Assembly: GCA_045650505.1 (NCBI GenBank)
Contig: JAZRRE010000031.1
Span: 95,885-159,884 of the forward strand
Source of the DNA: Clostridia bacterium
Lineage (GTDB): Bacteria > Bacillota > Clostridia > Christensenellales > UBA1242
DNA: 64,000 bases
Direction of reading: 5' to 3'
Shown: positions 29,746 to 38,938 of the stretch, piece after piece
How the letters are laid out: each line of letters opens with the position of its first letter
How positions within the stretch are numbered: position 1 is the first letter of the stretch
Made by a program: the position numbers and the translations under genes
The notes under the pieces: generated by a model
Databases searched by the model: none
Seen by the model: the letters and a program-made list of their open reading frames with translations, nothing else
Told to the model about the DNA's origin: nothing

Positions 29746-32700
29746 ACTAACAATTGATGGTCTTAACAGCTTTGAAACTGAACAAACATTAGATTTCAGC
29801 AAGCTTTCAGGCGGAGTGTTTGGCATCTTTGGAAAAACCGGTAGTGGAAAATCAACCATTTTAGATGCAATCACATTAAGTCTTTATGGCGAAGTTGAAA
29901 GAAGTAAGCAAAAAGTTGACTTTATAAACACCAAGTGTCAAAAAGCTGTGGTGAGTTTAGAGTTTGAAATTTTCTCTGCTGGCAAAAACAGAAGGTTTTT
30001 GGTGGTTAGAACTTTCTCTAAAAAGAAAAATGGAATCGAATCGACCGCCGAACTTTACGAACTTGATGGCATAGTGAAAAATATGGTTACCGAAGGTGTG
30101 ACCAAAGTTGATAATAAAATCTTTGAAATTGTTGGTCTTGGTGCAAACGAATTTGCAAAATGTATCGCACTTCCACAAGGTGAATTTTCAGCCTTTTTGA
30201 AAGCACGCCCAGCAGAGCGAACTGAAATAATGAGCAATATTTTCGACCTTTCAAGATATGGTGAAAAACTCACTGCTTCGGTAAAAAATAAACTTAATGA
30301 ATACGACAAGCAGGTGCTTGCGTTGTCTTCAAGTTTAGAACTTGTGAAGTTTGCAACCGATGAACTTTTAGCGGACGCAAAACTTCAAATGGAAACTGCT
30401 AAAAAAGAGTATGATAAAACAAGTGAAGAACTCAAACTTTTAGCTGAAGATTATGCAAAGCAAAACACTGCTTATGAGAAACAAGTTAAACTTGATGAGA
30501 TTTTAAAAACTCTTTCTAAACTTGAAACACAAAAAGAAGAAATTGAAAGACTTAAAACAGAAGTTGAAAAAAATAAAGTTGCAAACGAAATAAAACCAGC
30601 TTATGATAAACTTCAAAAAGATAAGGTTGATGAAAAGGAACTCACCGAAAAGATTGCGGGTTTAAATGAGATTAAACTTCAAAAACAAACAGAACTTCAC
30701 GAAGCCAAAACAGAATTTGAAGACTTTAAAGTAGTTTATGAATCAAAAATTATTGAGCTTAATTCAAAACTTGCAAGACTTGATAATCTTTTAAAGTTTG
30801 AAAATGATTTAAAGCAAACTGAAACTGAAAAAGAAAAAGTTTTAGAAAAACAAAAAGAAACAGAAAAAACTTTAAATGAAAAATATGAAGGTTTAAATTA
30901 TCTTCTTTCAGATGCTTCAAAAATTGAAGAAGAAATTGAAAAGATTGATGACTTTATTGAAGCAAACAAGCCTGATGTTGATTTAAGCTATGCACTTGAA
31001 CAAACAAAGGGAATTGAAAGTGAAATTATTTTAATTGATGATTTCTATTCAGAAATTGAAAAGCTTGTTGACAAAACAAACTATGAGCTTGAAATTGAAA
31101 GACAAGCATATAATGATGCAATAAGAGCAGAAAAAGATTACAACAAAAAAGCGGAGCAAATCCAAAACTCAATAGAAGTTGCTTTTGAAGATGCAGACAC
31201 AACTAATTTTGCAAAACTTCGTAGTTGCGATAAACAAATTGAAGATATGAAAGAAGTTCAAACACTTTGTCTTTCTATTGATAGTGTGCTTTCAAAACTA
31301 GATTTAGATTCTGAAAATCGAATGGCAACAATTATCGCAATTGGCAGTCAAATTGAAGCAGAACAATTGGCTTATGGCAAGCTTGAAAGAGAAATTGAAT
31401 CAGAAGAAAGAGAAATTGCTGTGCTTCGAGAAGAAAGAGAAGCGATGCTTGGTGATAATGTTATCTCTCTCATTTCTGAACACTTGAATATTGGTGAAGA
31501 ATGTCCGGTATGCTCAAATAAAGTTCTTCAAAAAGTTTATGGTGAAAAAATTGATTTAAAATCAATTGAAAACCAAATTAAAGTTGAAAATGAAAAACTT
31601 AAAACCCTTCGTTATGATAGAGATAAATCATTTGCAAATGTAATCACACTCAAGGCAAGAATTGAGTTTGAAAAGGCACAAATTGAAGTTAATAAAGCTG
31701 AAATGGAAAGTCTTTTAGCCGATAAACATTTGCTTTATAAGAGATTTATTGAAGAAGATGACGGGGTTGAAGAAAAATTTAACAAACTTCAAACACTCAT
31801 TGAAAACACATCAAACAGTTTAGAAAGTTTGATTGCACTTCAAGGCGAAGTTCGAACTGCTCACGAAAGGGTGGTTATCAGCAAAACTGAAGCCGGAACA
31901 AAAATCACAATTTATCAAAAACAACTTGAAGATTTGCTTGAGGTTTTATATAGCTTTCAAAGAAAGAAAGCTGAAAGAGAATTTGCAATTTTAAATATGC
32001 AAGAAAAATATGAAAATCTCAAAGAATATAAAAAGCAAATTGCAGAAGGCAAAAACATTGAACTTTTAATTGATAAAAAGAAAGATGAAAAATATAAACT
32101 TCGTGAACGCCAAAATGAAATAAATAATGAACGAATCGCAAAAGAAAAAGAGATTGCTGAAACCAAATCAGCTCTTGAAGTTCTCTATGAAAAAGAGGCA
32201 AATTGCGACAAACAAATCACAAACCTTAAAGCTGAAATTATTGCAAGTGGTGTTCCTGAAAATACTTCGGTTGAAGATGAAAAACAAGAAACACAAAAAC
32301 AGCTTTCAAAACTTAAATTTGACCACGAAAATACAACCATAAAATTTGAGTCAGCAAAAGACAATTTAAAGCGTGTTGAAAATGAGTATGATGTCAAGTT
32401 TATGGTTTTAGATGAAAAGAGAAAAGAAATCAAAGAACTTGAAGCAGAAGTTGTTGAAAAAATGCTTAAAGCTGAATTTGCAAATAATGAAGACCTTGAA
32501 AAATGTTTTGCTGAAAGCTATGAGCTTAAAGTTAAACAGTCAAGAATTGATGAGTATGAAGATGCGTTCAGATTTGCAAATCTTCAAAAAGAAGAACTTG
32601 AAAAAGATGTAGTTGTTTCTCTTGATGAAAAAGAAATTGCAGGTCTTAAAGCACAAATTGATGAGCTTGATGAAAAGGTTAAATCACTTTCAGAAGCAGT

Positions 32701-33292
32701 TGGAAAAACAAGTGCAGAATATAACAGAATTGCAGATGCAAATGAGAAGAACAATGAAATCTCAAAAAATCTCAAAGAATACACTCACAAACTTGACCTT
32801 GCAAAAGAACTTTCTAGTGTGCTTAAAGGTAAAGCTCTTGCAGAGTATGTTGCTGAAGAATATTTGAACGAAATTACCAACAGTGCAAACCAAAAACTTG
32901 GAATTTTGATGGATGGCAGATACACTTTGAAATTTGAAAACAAAGAGTTCTTCGTTGAAGATAATTTCAACGATGCAAAAGTGCGTCCAGCAAGCACACT
33001 TTCTGGTGGTGAAACCTTCCTTGTGAGTTTGAGTTTAGCACTTTCAATTTCAAATGAAATCACAATGCTTTCTGAAAAGAGTATGGATTTCTTCTTCCTT
33101 GATGAGGGTTTTGGAACTCTTGATGCAGAGCTTTGTGAAGCGGTTATTTCAGCGCTTTATAAACTTGAAAGTCAAAACTTAAACATCGGTTTAATTTCTC
33201 ACGTTGGAGAGCTTGAAGAATCAATCAAAAACAAAGTTTTAGTTGAGAAAACAACCGGTGGTTCAAAACTTAAAATTGTGCATAGTTTATAA
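29732..33292 (+). CDS. sbcC: exonuclease SbcC (Rad50/SMC-like ATPase)
   Basis: Walker A GKTGSGKST, long coiled coil with zinc hook CPVC, signature LSGGETF, Walker B FFFLDEGFGTLD. Overlaps sbcD by 14 nt. Confidence 0.9.
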   Translation: MKPIKLTIDGLNSFETEQTLDFSKLSGGVFGIFGKTGSGKSTILDAITLSLYGEVERSKQKVDFINTKCQKAVVSLEFEIFSAGKNRRFLVVRTFSKKKNGIESTAELYELDGIVKNMVTEGVTKVDNKIFEIVGLGANEFAKCIALPQGEFSAFLKARPAERTEIMSNIFDLSRYGEKLTASVKNKLNEYDKQVLALSSSLELVKFATDELLADAKLQMETAKKEYDKTSEELKLLAEDYAKQNTAYEKQVKLDEILKTLSKLETQKEEIERLKTEVEKNKVANEIKPAYDKLQKDKVDEKELTEKIAGLNEIKLQKQTELHEAKTEFEDFKVVYESKIIELNSKLARLDNLLKFENDLKQTETEKEKVLEKQKETEKTLNEKYEGLNYLLSDASKIEEEIEKIDDFIEANKPDVDLSYALEQTKGIESEIILIDDFYSEIEKLVDKTNYELEIERQAYNDAIRAEKDYNKKAEQIQNSIEVAFEDADTTNFAKLRSCDKQIEDMKEVQTLCLSIDSVLSKLDLDSENRMATIIAIGSQIEAEQLAYGKLEREIESEEREIAVLREEREAMLGDNVISLISEHLNIGEECPVCSNKVLQKVYGEKIDLKSIENQIKVENEKLKTLRYDRDKSFANVITLKARIEFEKAQIEVNKAEMESLLADKHLLYKRFIEEDDGVEEKFNKLQTLIENTSNSLESLIALQGEVRTAHERVVISKTEAGTKITIYQKQLEDLLEVLYSFQRKKAEREFAILNMQEKYENLKEYKKQIAEGKNIELLIDKKKDEKYKLRERQNEINNERIAKEKEIAETKSALEVLYEKEANCDKQITNLKAEIIASGVPENTSVEDEKQETQKQLSKLKFDHENTTIKFESAKDNLKRVENEYDVKFMVLDEKRKEIKELEAEVVEKMLKAEFANNEDLEKCFAESYELKVKQSRIDEYEDAFRFANLQKEELEKDVVVSLDEKEIAGLKAQIDELDEKVKSLSEAVGKTSAEYNRIADANEKNNEISKNLKEYTHKLDLAKELSSVLKGKALAEYVAEEYLNEITNSANQKLGILMDGRYTLKFENKEFFVEDNFNDAKVRPASTLSGGETFLVSLSLALSISNEITMLSEKSMDFFFLDEGFGTLDAELCEAVISALYKLESQNLNIGLISHVGELEESIKNKVLVEKTTGGSKLKIVHSL

Positions 33293-33335
33293 AATTAATT
33301 ACGCATAAAATTGTTAAAACTTAAAATTTTGCAAA

Positions 33336-33369
33336 ATAAAAACATCACCAAATCGGTGATGTTTTTTTG
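33336..33369. terminator. bidirectional terminator
   Basis: Stem ACATCACC/GGTGATGT flanked by an A-run and a T-run. Confidence 0.8.
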
Positions 33370-33371
33370 TT

Positions 33372-34286
33372 TTAATCATTTGGTTCAAGGGCTTTAAGCT
33401 CATCTAAAAATGGAGTGGATTCAGCATATTTCCAGAAATATTTATTGAACTTTGAGTCAATCTTAATCCAAGGTTTTCTGCTTCCTGAATAGTGAATAAT
33501 TTTTGGGTGTTTTTCACTTTCCAAAAATTCGTTAAAAAGTGGTTTTGGAAGTGAGTGATATGTTCCATAAATATCTTCCATAAAGTTCCAGCCAGCATCA
33601 ATAATTGTGGTTGAATCTTGACATAAAACATTCAATAAGTCTTGGTCATATTGTTTCCAATTTTTTGAAACCGCAAGGTTTAAAAGGTCTTTAACATCAA
33701 ACTTTTCATTGAACTTTTGTGGATTCATAACAAGCACTGCTGAAAGCACATAGTTATCAAAGTTTTTGATATTAAGTTCACTTATTCTATATTTAGTTCT
33801 TTCATAGTTTTTATTGTAGCAATTTGAAATGCCTTCATAGTCACGAACTGCACCAATGAGTGAGTTTGAATAGTCATAATTTAAAATGTTTGCAATATCT
33901 TCCAAAACAACCACATCAGCATCTAAAAAGATTACCTCTTTATAAGATGGCATAAGTGCAGGAACAAGTACACGATAATAAATTTCATCAGAAAATTTTG
34001 TGTTGGTTGGGTCTGACTCTGTGTAGAAACTATATCCAAAAACATAAGGACCAACATTAATAAATCTAATTGAAAAATTGGGTTTATCGGCAATAAGTTT
34101 ACGAAGATTCACTTGATTTTCATCATTAATGCTTGTCATTAAAATAACAATGTCATAGTTATTTTCAGGATTGCTGTTCTCAATGATAGATTGAATTGTA
34201 ACCGCCATAAGTGGAACATATTTATCATTTGCAGCAAAACAAATAGGTACATTATTATTTTTAAAAGCTGGTTTAATTTCTTCCAT
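33372..34286 (-). CDS. glycosyltransferase family 8
   Basis: ICFAANDKYVP..., DxD motif FLDADVVVL, IIHYSGSRKPW. Confidence 0.8.
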   Translation of the reverse strand: MEEIKPAFKNNNVPICFAANDKYVPLMAVTIQSIIENSNPENNYDIVILMTSINDENQVNLRKLIADKPNFSIRFINVGPYVFGYSFYTESDPTNTKFSDEIYYRVLVPALMPSYKEVIFLDADVVVLEDIANILNYDYSNSLIGAVRDYEGISNCYNKNYERTKYRISELNIKNFDNYVLSAVLVMNPQKFNEKFDVKDLLNLAVSKNWKQYDQDLLNVLCQDSTTIIDAGWNFMEDIYGTYHSLPKPLFNEFLESEKHPKIIHYSGSRKPWIKIDSKFNKYFWKYAESTPFLDELKALEPND

Positions 34287-34411
34287 AAGTCACCTCTAAT
34301 TTAATTTTATCAAATTAAATTATATAAAGCAAATAATATGTTAAAAACTCGAAAAAAAATGCATAAAAAATAAAAATAATTAATATAAACAAAATTAATA
34401 ATAAAACGCAT

Positions 34412-34439
34412 AAAAAAACAAGCCACTCGGCTTGTTTTT
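34412..34439 (-). terminator. terminator after the LOG-family gene
   Basis: Stem CAAGCC/GGCTTG with flanking A-run and T-run. Confidence 0.75.
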
Positions 34440-34447
34440 GGATTTTA

Positions 34448-35011
34448 TTAATTGTTACCTTCATTTAAAAGTTTTTCACGATTTTTGTTAAGAACAGCAA
34501 TAACTTCTTCAGGTGTGTTGCACCATGTAAAGAATTTATATTGTGTTTCGTTCAAAACACCTGCTTCAAGCATAAAATCATTCATATCTTTAATATGATT
34601 ATAGAAACCATTGATATTATAAACAATAACTTCATCGGTGTCAAACTTGCTCTTGATTGAATCGGTAATCATATAAAGTTCAGCAAGTGTACCGTTTCCA
34701 CCTGGAAGCACAATTGTAATATTTGTATTTCGAAGTGCAACTTGTTGAAGCATAAAAAGTGTGTCAACAGCAGTGATTGAGTTTGCAATCATACCTTTTG
34801 CTTCGTGTGCGTAAGGTGTTGGAACAATAATATCAACAAAGCCATCTCCTTCAATCATTTTGCTATACATTGCACCGATTGAACCGGTTTGTGCACCAAC
34901 GCACATAACACCATCATGATTTTCTAAAAGATTGCTAGCAATCTTGTCAATTCCTTCTAAATATTCTGGTTTAATTCTTGGGTCAACTGAACCACAAACA
35001 AAAACTTTCAT
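34448..35011 (-). CDS. LOG-family (TIGR00730-type) nucleotide phosphoribohydrolase
   Basis: PGGxGTxxE motif (LPGGNGTLAEL) and an N-terminal Gly-rich loop. Confidence 0.65.
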   Translation of the reverse strand: MKVFVCGSVDPRIKPEYLEGIDKIASNLLENHDGVMCVGAQTGSIGAMYSKMIEGDGFVDIIVPTPYAHEAKGMIANSITAVDTLFMLQQVALRNTNITIVLPGGNGTLAELYMITDSIKSKFDTDEVIVYNINGFYNHIKDMNDFMLEAGVLNETQYKFFTWCNTPEEVIAVLNKNREKLLNEGNN

Positions 35012-35166
35012 AAGCTCTCCTTAAAATGTAAGTCTATTTATCATAGTATTTCCAATTTATCATAATGTTACGATTTTTGCAAACAAAAAATCACAAAACA
35101 AATAAATTGCCTATTGAAAAATAAAAATAGTTATGTTATAATCATATTTGGGAGACAAAATAGTAT

Positions 35167-35748
35167 ATGAAAAAATTTGAAAATCCAACCACTGCAGAAG
35201 AAATGATTGAAGCAGAAGTGCAAAAAATTGGTGCAGGAAATAGAAATGAATCAAACTTATTAAAATTTGTATTTTTAAGTGAATTAAAGAAAGAGATTGA
35301 AAATAGTTGGGCAAGAATAAATAGCAGCCGTGATAAAGAAGAATCACAATATATTTGGAGAGCGGTTTCAAATCAAATAAAATGGCTTAAAACACTTCTT
35401 CTTCAAGGCAAATCAATTTCTATGACTGATGATGTTGATGCTTTAACAAAAATGAAAGCAAGTGAAGAACAAATAGCAACTTTAACATTTCAAAGAGATG
35501 AAGCAAAGGCTGACTATTATAAAGGCGTTGGTGATTATGACAGAATTATGAAAGAACAAGCAGAGTTTAAAAGAGATGGTCTTTATGATTCAAAAATTGA
35601 TATGAGTGCAAAAGAAATTTTAGAAATTGTTAAAACATTTAATGAAGAAGAAAAACTTGCTTTCTGGCTTGAATATTTCAAAAACGCAGACCAACTTATT
35701 TATGTTTCACAACTTGAAACAAATAACAAAGGTCAAATGGGAGAATAA
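35167..35748 (+). CDS. hypothetical protein (193 aa)
   Basis: Long ORF with a promoter (TTGAAA..TGtTATAAT) and GGGAGA upstream. No family recognised. Confidence 0.65.
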   Translation: MKKFENPTTAEEMIEAEVQKIGAGNRNESNLLKFVFLSELKKEIENSWARINSSRDKEESQYIWRAVSNQIKWLKTLLLQGKSISMTDDVDALTKMKASEEQIATLTFQRDEAKADYYKGVGDYDRIMKEQAEFKRDGLYDSKIDMSAKEILEIVKTFNEEEKLAFWLEYFKNADQLIYVSQLETNNKGQMGE

Positions 35749-35780
35749 AAAAACGACTAAATTTTAGTCGTTTTTTTTTG
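35747..35780. terminator. bidirectional terminator
   Basis: Stem CGACTAA/TTAGTCG, A-run upstream, T9 downstream. Confidence 0.8.
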
Positions 35781-35787
35781 TTGCATT

Positions 35788-36696
35788 TTAAAATTTAAAA
35801 TCATCAGTTTGTTCATTAAAGTCTGGTGTGTAAATGGTTTCAGCACTTTCAAAGCCTTGTGTGAAAACATTGTTAAACCCAAGTTTGAGCAAGTGATTAA
35901 CAACCATTTTATATTCAAGTGGCTTGATTTTTTGGTTAAGTTCTTCAAATTCTGTTGCTCTTGCCATCGGCACATATTGACTCATTAAACTAACATAAGT
36001 TTTGTTTCCAAGATTTTCGTTTATCCAATCTATAATTTTAATGCTGTCAGCAGAGTGGGTTGGAAGCACTAAATGCCTGATAATCATTCCTTTTTTCATT
36101 AAACCATTTTCAAAAATGTCTTCTCTTTGATTTTTTCGCATTTCCAAAGTGGCTTTTTTGCAGGTTTCGGGATAGTTTTCAGCAAGCGAATATTTTTTTG
36201 AAAGGTTAGAATCAAAATATTTAAAGTCAGTTAGATAAACATCAACATAATTTTTAAGCATTTTGATAGTTTCTGGCTTTTCATAGCCCGAAGTGTTCCA
36301 AACAATAGGAATATTTGGGCGATAAATTTCAAGTGCTTCAATGATTTCATTTGTATAATGGGTTGGGGTCACAAGGTTGATATTGTTTGCACCTTTTTCT
36401 TCAAGTTGTTTGAAAAGATTTGCAAGTGTGTTTGTGTCAATTTCTTTGCCCTGACCACCAGCAGAAATTTCTGCGTTTTGGCAATAACAACATTTAAGCG
36501 TGCAGTTTGAAAAGAAAATAGCACCGCTTCCGTTTGCTTGTTTGGTTTCAGTGTCTTCACCAGAAATTGGTGGTTCTTCGAAGTAGTGGAGCATAACCTT
36601 GCTGATTTTAACTTTGCTTGTGCCTTTGCAAAAACCAACCGATGTTTCTCGGTCTGCGTTGCAGTTTCTTGGGCAGATATTACATAAATTTTTCAT
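35788..36696 (-). CDS. radical SAM protein (PflX / pyruvate formate-lyase activase-related type)
   Basis: CX3CX2C motif in FFSNCTLKCCYCQN and an N-terminal Cys cluster CNICPRNC. No SD upstream. Confidence 0.75.
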   Translation of the reverse strand: MKNLCNICPRNCNADRETSVGFCKGTSKVKISKVMLHYFEEPPISGEDTETKQANGSGAIFFSNCTLKCCYCQNAEISAGGQGKEIDTNTLANLFKQLEEKGANNINLVTPTHYTNEIIEALEIYRPNIPIVWNTSGYEKPETIKMLKNYVDVYLTDFKYFDSNLSKKYSLAENYPETCKKATLEMRKNQREDIFENGLMKKGMIIRHLVLPTHSADSIKIIDWINENLGNKTYVSLMSQYVPMARATEFEELNQKIKPLEYKMVVNHLLKLGFNNVFTQGFESAETIYTPDFNEQTDDFKF

Positions 36697-36702
36697 AAAA
36701 CA

Positions 36703-36731
36703 AATATATAACCAAAAGTTACACTTGTCAA
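36703..36731 (-). promoter_or_regulatory. promoter giving a leaderless radical-SAM mRNA
   Basis: The minus strand reads TTGACA-17-TATATT-tgtttt-ATG. The -10 ends 6 nt before the start codon. Confidence 0.6.
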
Positions 36732-36745
36732 ATATTGTTAGTTTA

Positions 36746-36774
36746 TTGAAAAAAAATATTGACTATGTTATAAT
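36746..36774 (+). promoter_or_regulatory. promoter of the rRNA methyltransferase gene
   Basis: TTGAAA, a 17-nt spacer, then TGtTATAAT (extended -10). Confidence 0.6.
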
Positions 36775-36799
36775 CAAATTAGATAAGGAAGTTAAGCAT

Positions 36800-38152
36800 A
36801 TGGAACAAAAGTTAAAGAAAAATGATAGAGTTGTTGTTAAAATTGAAAGGCTAGGCGCCAATGGTGAAGGTGTTGCGATTCATAATGGCGTTGTTATTTT
36901 TGTGCCTTTTGCCCTCGTTGGTGATGAAGTTTTAGTTCACATAATTAATGATAAAAATAAATTTTTAATTGCAAAAATAATCGAAATAAAAAAGCCAAGC
37001 CCAAAGAGAATTCAACCAATGTGTCCTTATTTTTCAAAATGTGGCGGTTGTGATTTGCAACATATAAGCTATGCTGATCAACTTTTGTTCAAAAAACAAC
37101 TTATTATTGACACGCTCAAAAAATACGCAGGAATCGAAACACAAGTTGAAGATGTTGTTCCAAGTTCAAAAGTGTTTAGATATAGAAACAAATTTGCTTT
37201 TCCGGTTCAAGATGTTGGTGGTGAAGTTAAGATTGGAATGTTTAGAAAAAACAGCCACCAAATTATTGAGGTTGATGACTGTATGCTTCAAAGTGAAAGA
37301 ACAAAAATAATCATTAAATTGTTCAAAGAATATATGACTGAAAACAAAATTTCAGCATATAACGAAACCACAAAAACCGGAGTGGTTAAACACATTGTTG
37401 TTCGCGAAGCAGAAGAAGACTTCATTATGACAGTGGTTGTGACTGATGAAAAATTCAATAAATTTTCTCCACTTGTTGAGAAATTGAAAAAGCATTTTTC
37501 ATCATTTGGATTATTCAAAAATGTAAATAAATTGAATAATAATGTAATTTTTGGCAACTTAGACAAGAAAATTTATGGAATATATGAACTTTCAAAAAAT
37601 GAATTTGGCGTTCAATATTTTGTGAATAACAGAAGTTTTATGCAAGTGAATGATGAAATCAAAAACATCATTTATCAAAAAATATTAAATACTCTTGGCA
37701 GTCAAAAAAATGTCATTGATGCATACAGTGGTGCAGGGTTACTCTCTAGCATTATTGCAAAAAATGGCTCAAGAGTTTATGGTGTTGAAATTGTAAAAGA
37801 AGCAACTGAAAATGCAAATAAACTTAAAGTTTTAAATAATTTATACAATTTAACAAATAAAAATGGTGACTGTGCAAAAATTATTCCAGAACTTGCAAAA
37901 GAACTTGAAGGCGATTTTGCAGTGGTGGTTGACCCTCCAAGAAAGGGGCTTGAAAATGAGGTTGTTGAAGCATTTTTAAAAGCCGAACCAAAGATGATAG
38001 TTTATCTTTCTTGTGGCCCTTCAACACTTGCCCGTGACCTTAAAAAACTTACAGAAAAATATGACATCAGTTTCGTTCAACCATACGACATGTTTCCACA
38101 AACAGCAAATGTTGAAACACTCGTTTGCTTAAGAATTAAAGGAGAAAAATAG
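36800..38152 (+). CDS. 23S rRNA/tRNA (uracil-C5)-methyltransferase, RumA/TrmA family
   Basis: TRAM-like N-terminus, Fe-S Cys cluster CPYFSKCGGCDLQH, SAM-binding motif DAYSGAG, C-terminal DMFPQTANVETL. Start trimmed to MEQKLKK, preceded by AAGGAAG. Confidence 0.85.
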   Translation: MEQKLKKNDRVVVKIERLGANGEGVAIHNGVVIFVPFALVGDEVLVHIINDKNKFLIAKIIEIKKPSPKRIQPMCPYFSKCGGCDLQHISYADQLLFKKQLIIDTLKKYAGIETQVEDVVPSSKVFRYRNKFAFPVQDVGGEVKIGMFRKNSHQIIEVDDCMLQSERTKIIIKLFKEYMTENKISAYNETTKTGVVKHIVVREAEEDFIMTVVVTDEKFNKFSPLVEKLKKHFSSFGLFKNVNKLNNNVIFGNLDKKIYGIYELSKNEFGVQYFVNNRSFMQVNDEIKNIIYQKILNTLGSQKNVIDAYSGAGLLSSIIAKNGSRVYGVEIVKEATENANKLKVLNNLYNLTNKNGDCAKIIPELAKELEGDFAVVVDPPRKGLENEVVEAFLKAEPKMIVYLSCGPSTLARDLKKLTEKYDISFVQPYDMFPQTANVETLVCLRIKGEK

Positions 38153-38153
38153 A

Positions 38154-38873
38154 ATGTCATGCGAAAATGAAAAAAGATTTTTAATATTATTTTCTTCTTA
38201 TTGTCTTGGTAATAATGCAACTAAAAAGAATGTATTAGATTATATTGAACAAATGGGTTGGATTGTTTTTTCAAAAGATGATTTAGAAGTTAGACAAAAT
38301 AGAAACGAGTTAATATGGCGTAACGACTTTGCTTTTGTCAGAAAACATCTTGTTATGCATGGATTATTAGAAAATAAAAGAAATTTCTGGACAATAACAC
38401 ATAAAGGAAGGAGCGAACTTTTTAATATTTATAAGCAAATTCTTCGTGATAAAACCATTCGTAAAATTACACAAAAAGCACTTAATGATTTTTTAGAATT
38501 TTCTTCACAAGAGGAGATATTTGAAGATATATTTGAAGACAAAACTGGGTTTTTAGAGGGAAAAATAAAAACAATTCAACATATTACGCATGAAAGAAAT
38601 AATAAATTAATTGAATTGGCAAAGTTGAAATTTAAACAATCGCATAAAGGTAAAATATACTGTGAAGTTTGTGGATTTGATTTTGGTTGTGTTTATGGTA
38701 AAAGAGGTGAATATTATATCGAGGCACATCATAAAAAACCAATATCTGAATTAAATGAAAATACAGAAACTAACATTGAAGATATTATTATGTTGTGTTC
38801 TAATTGTCATAGAATGATACATAGAAATAAACCTTGGTTAACTATTGAAGAATTAAAAAACATTGTTAAATAA
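38154..38873 (+). CDS. HNH endonuclease with an N-terminal Mrr_N-like winged-helix domain (239 aa)
   Basis: The C-terminal segment CEVCGFDF...EAHHKKP...CSNCHRMIH is an HNH motif. The N-terminal segment IWRNDFAFVRKHLVMHGLLENKRNFWTITHKG resembles the Mrr N-terminal winged helix. TTA/ATA-rich codons differ from the neighbours. Confidence 0.75.
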   Translation: MSCENEKRFLILFSSYCLGNNATKKNVLDYIEQMGWIVFSKDDLEVRQNRNELIWRNDFAFVRKHLVMHGLLENKRNFWTITHKGRSELFNIYKQILRDKTIRKITQKALNDFLEFSSQEEIFEDIFEDKTGFLEGKIKTIQHITHERNNKLIELAKLKFKQSHKGKIYCEVCGFDFGCVYGKRGEYYIEAHHKKPISELNENTETNIEDIIMLCSNCHRMIHRNKPWLTIEELKNIVK

Positions 38874-38938
38874 AAACGCAAAACGGTGCATTAAAACTAT
38901 AAAAAATTACGCAAAAAATTCAAAAAGCAGGGATTTTT

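Noticed and set aside
33303-33310. A recurring intergenic motif GCATAAAA / TTGTTGCAT (also at 34361, 34408, 43919 and 50576, with a variant at 35781)
   Set aside because: It appears more often than I would naively expect. However, several copies are just the sequence following terminator T-runs, the contexts differ, and in A/T-rich low-complexity DNA I cannot establish significance without a genome-wide count.
36599-36799. 5' extensions of ORF-track calls (36599 for the methyltransferase, 57497 GTG, 56366 for fba, 62547 for the SDR, 6051 for mnmG, 28426, 22650, 43904, 44093, 44644, 45310, 46625)
   Set aside because: In each case an internal ATG sits 5-10 nt after an AGGAG-type RBS and matches the conserved N-terminus of the family. 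The extension overlaps a promoter, a terminator or the upstream gene.
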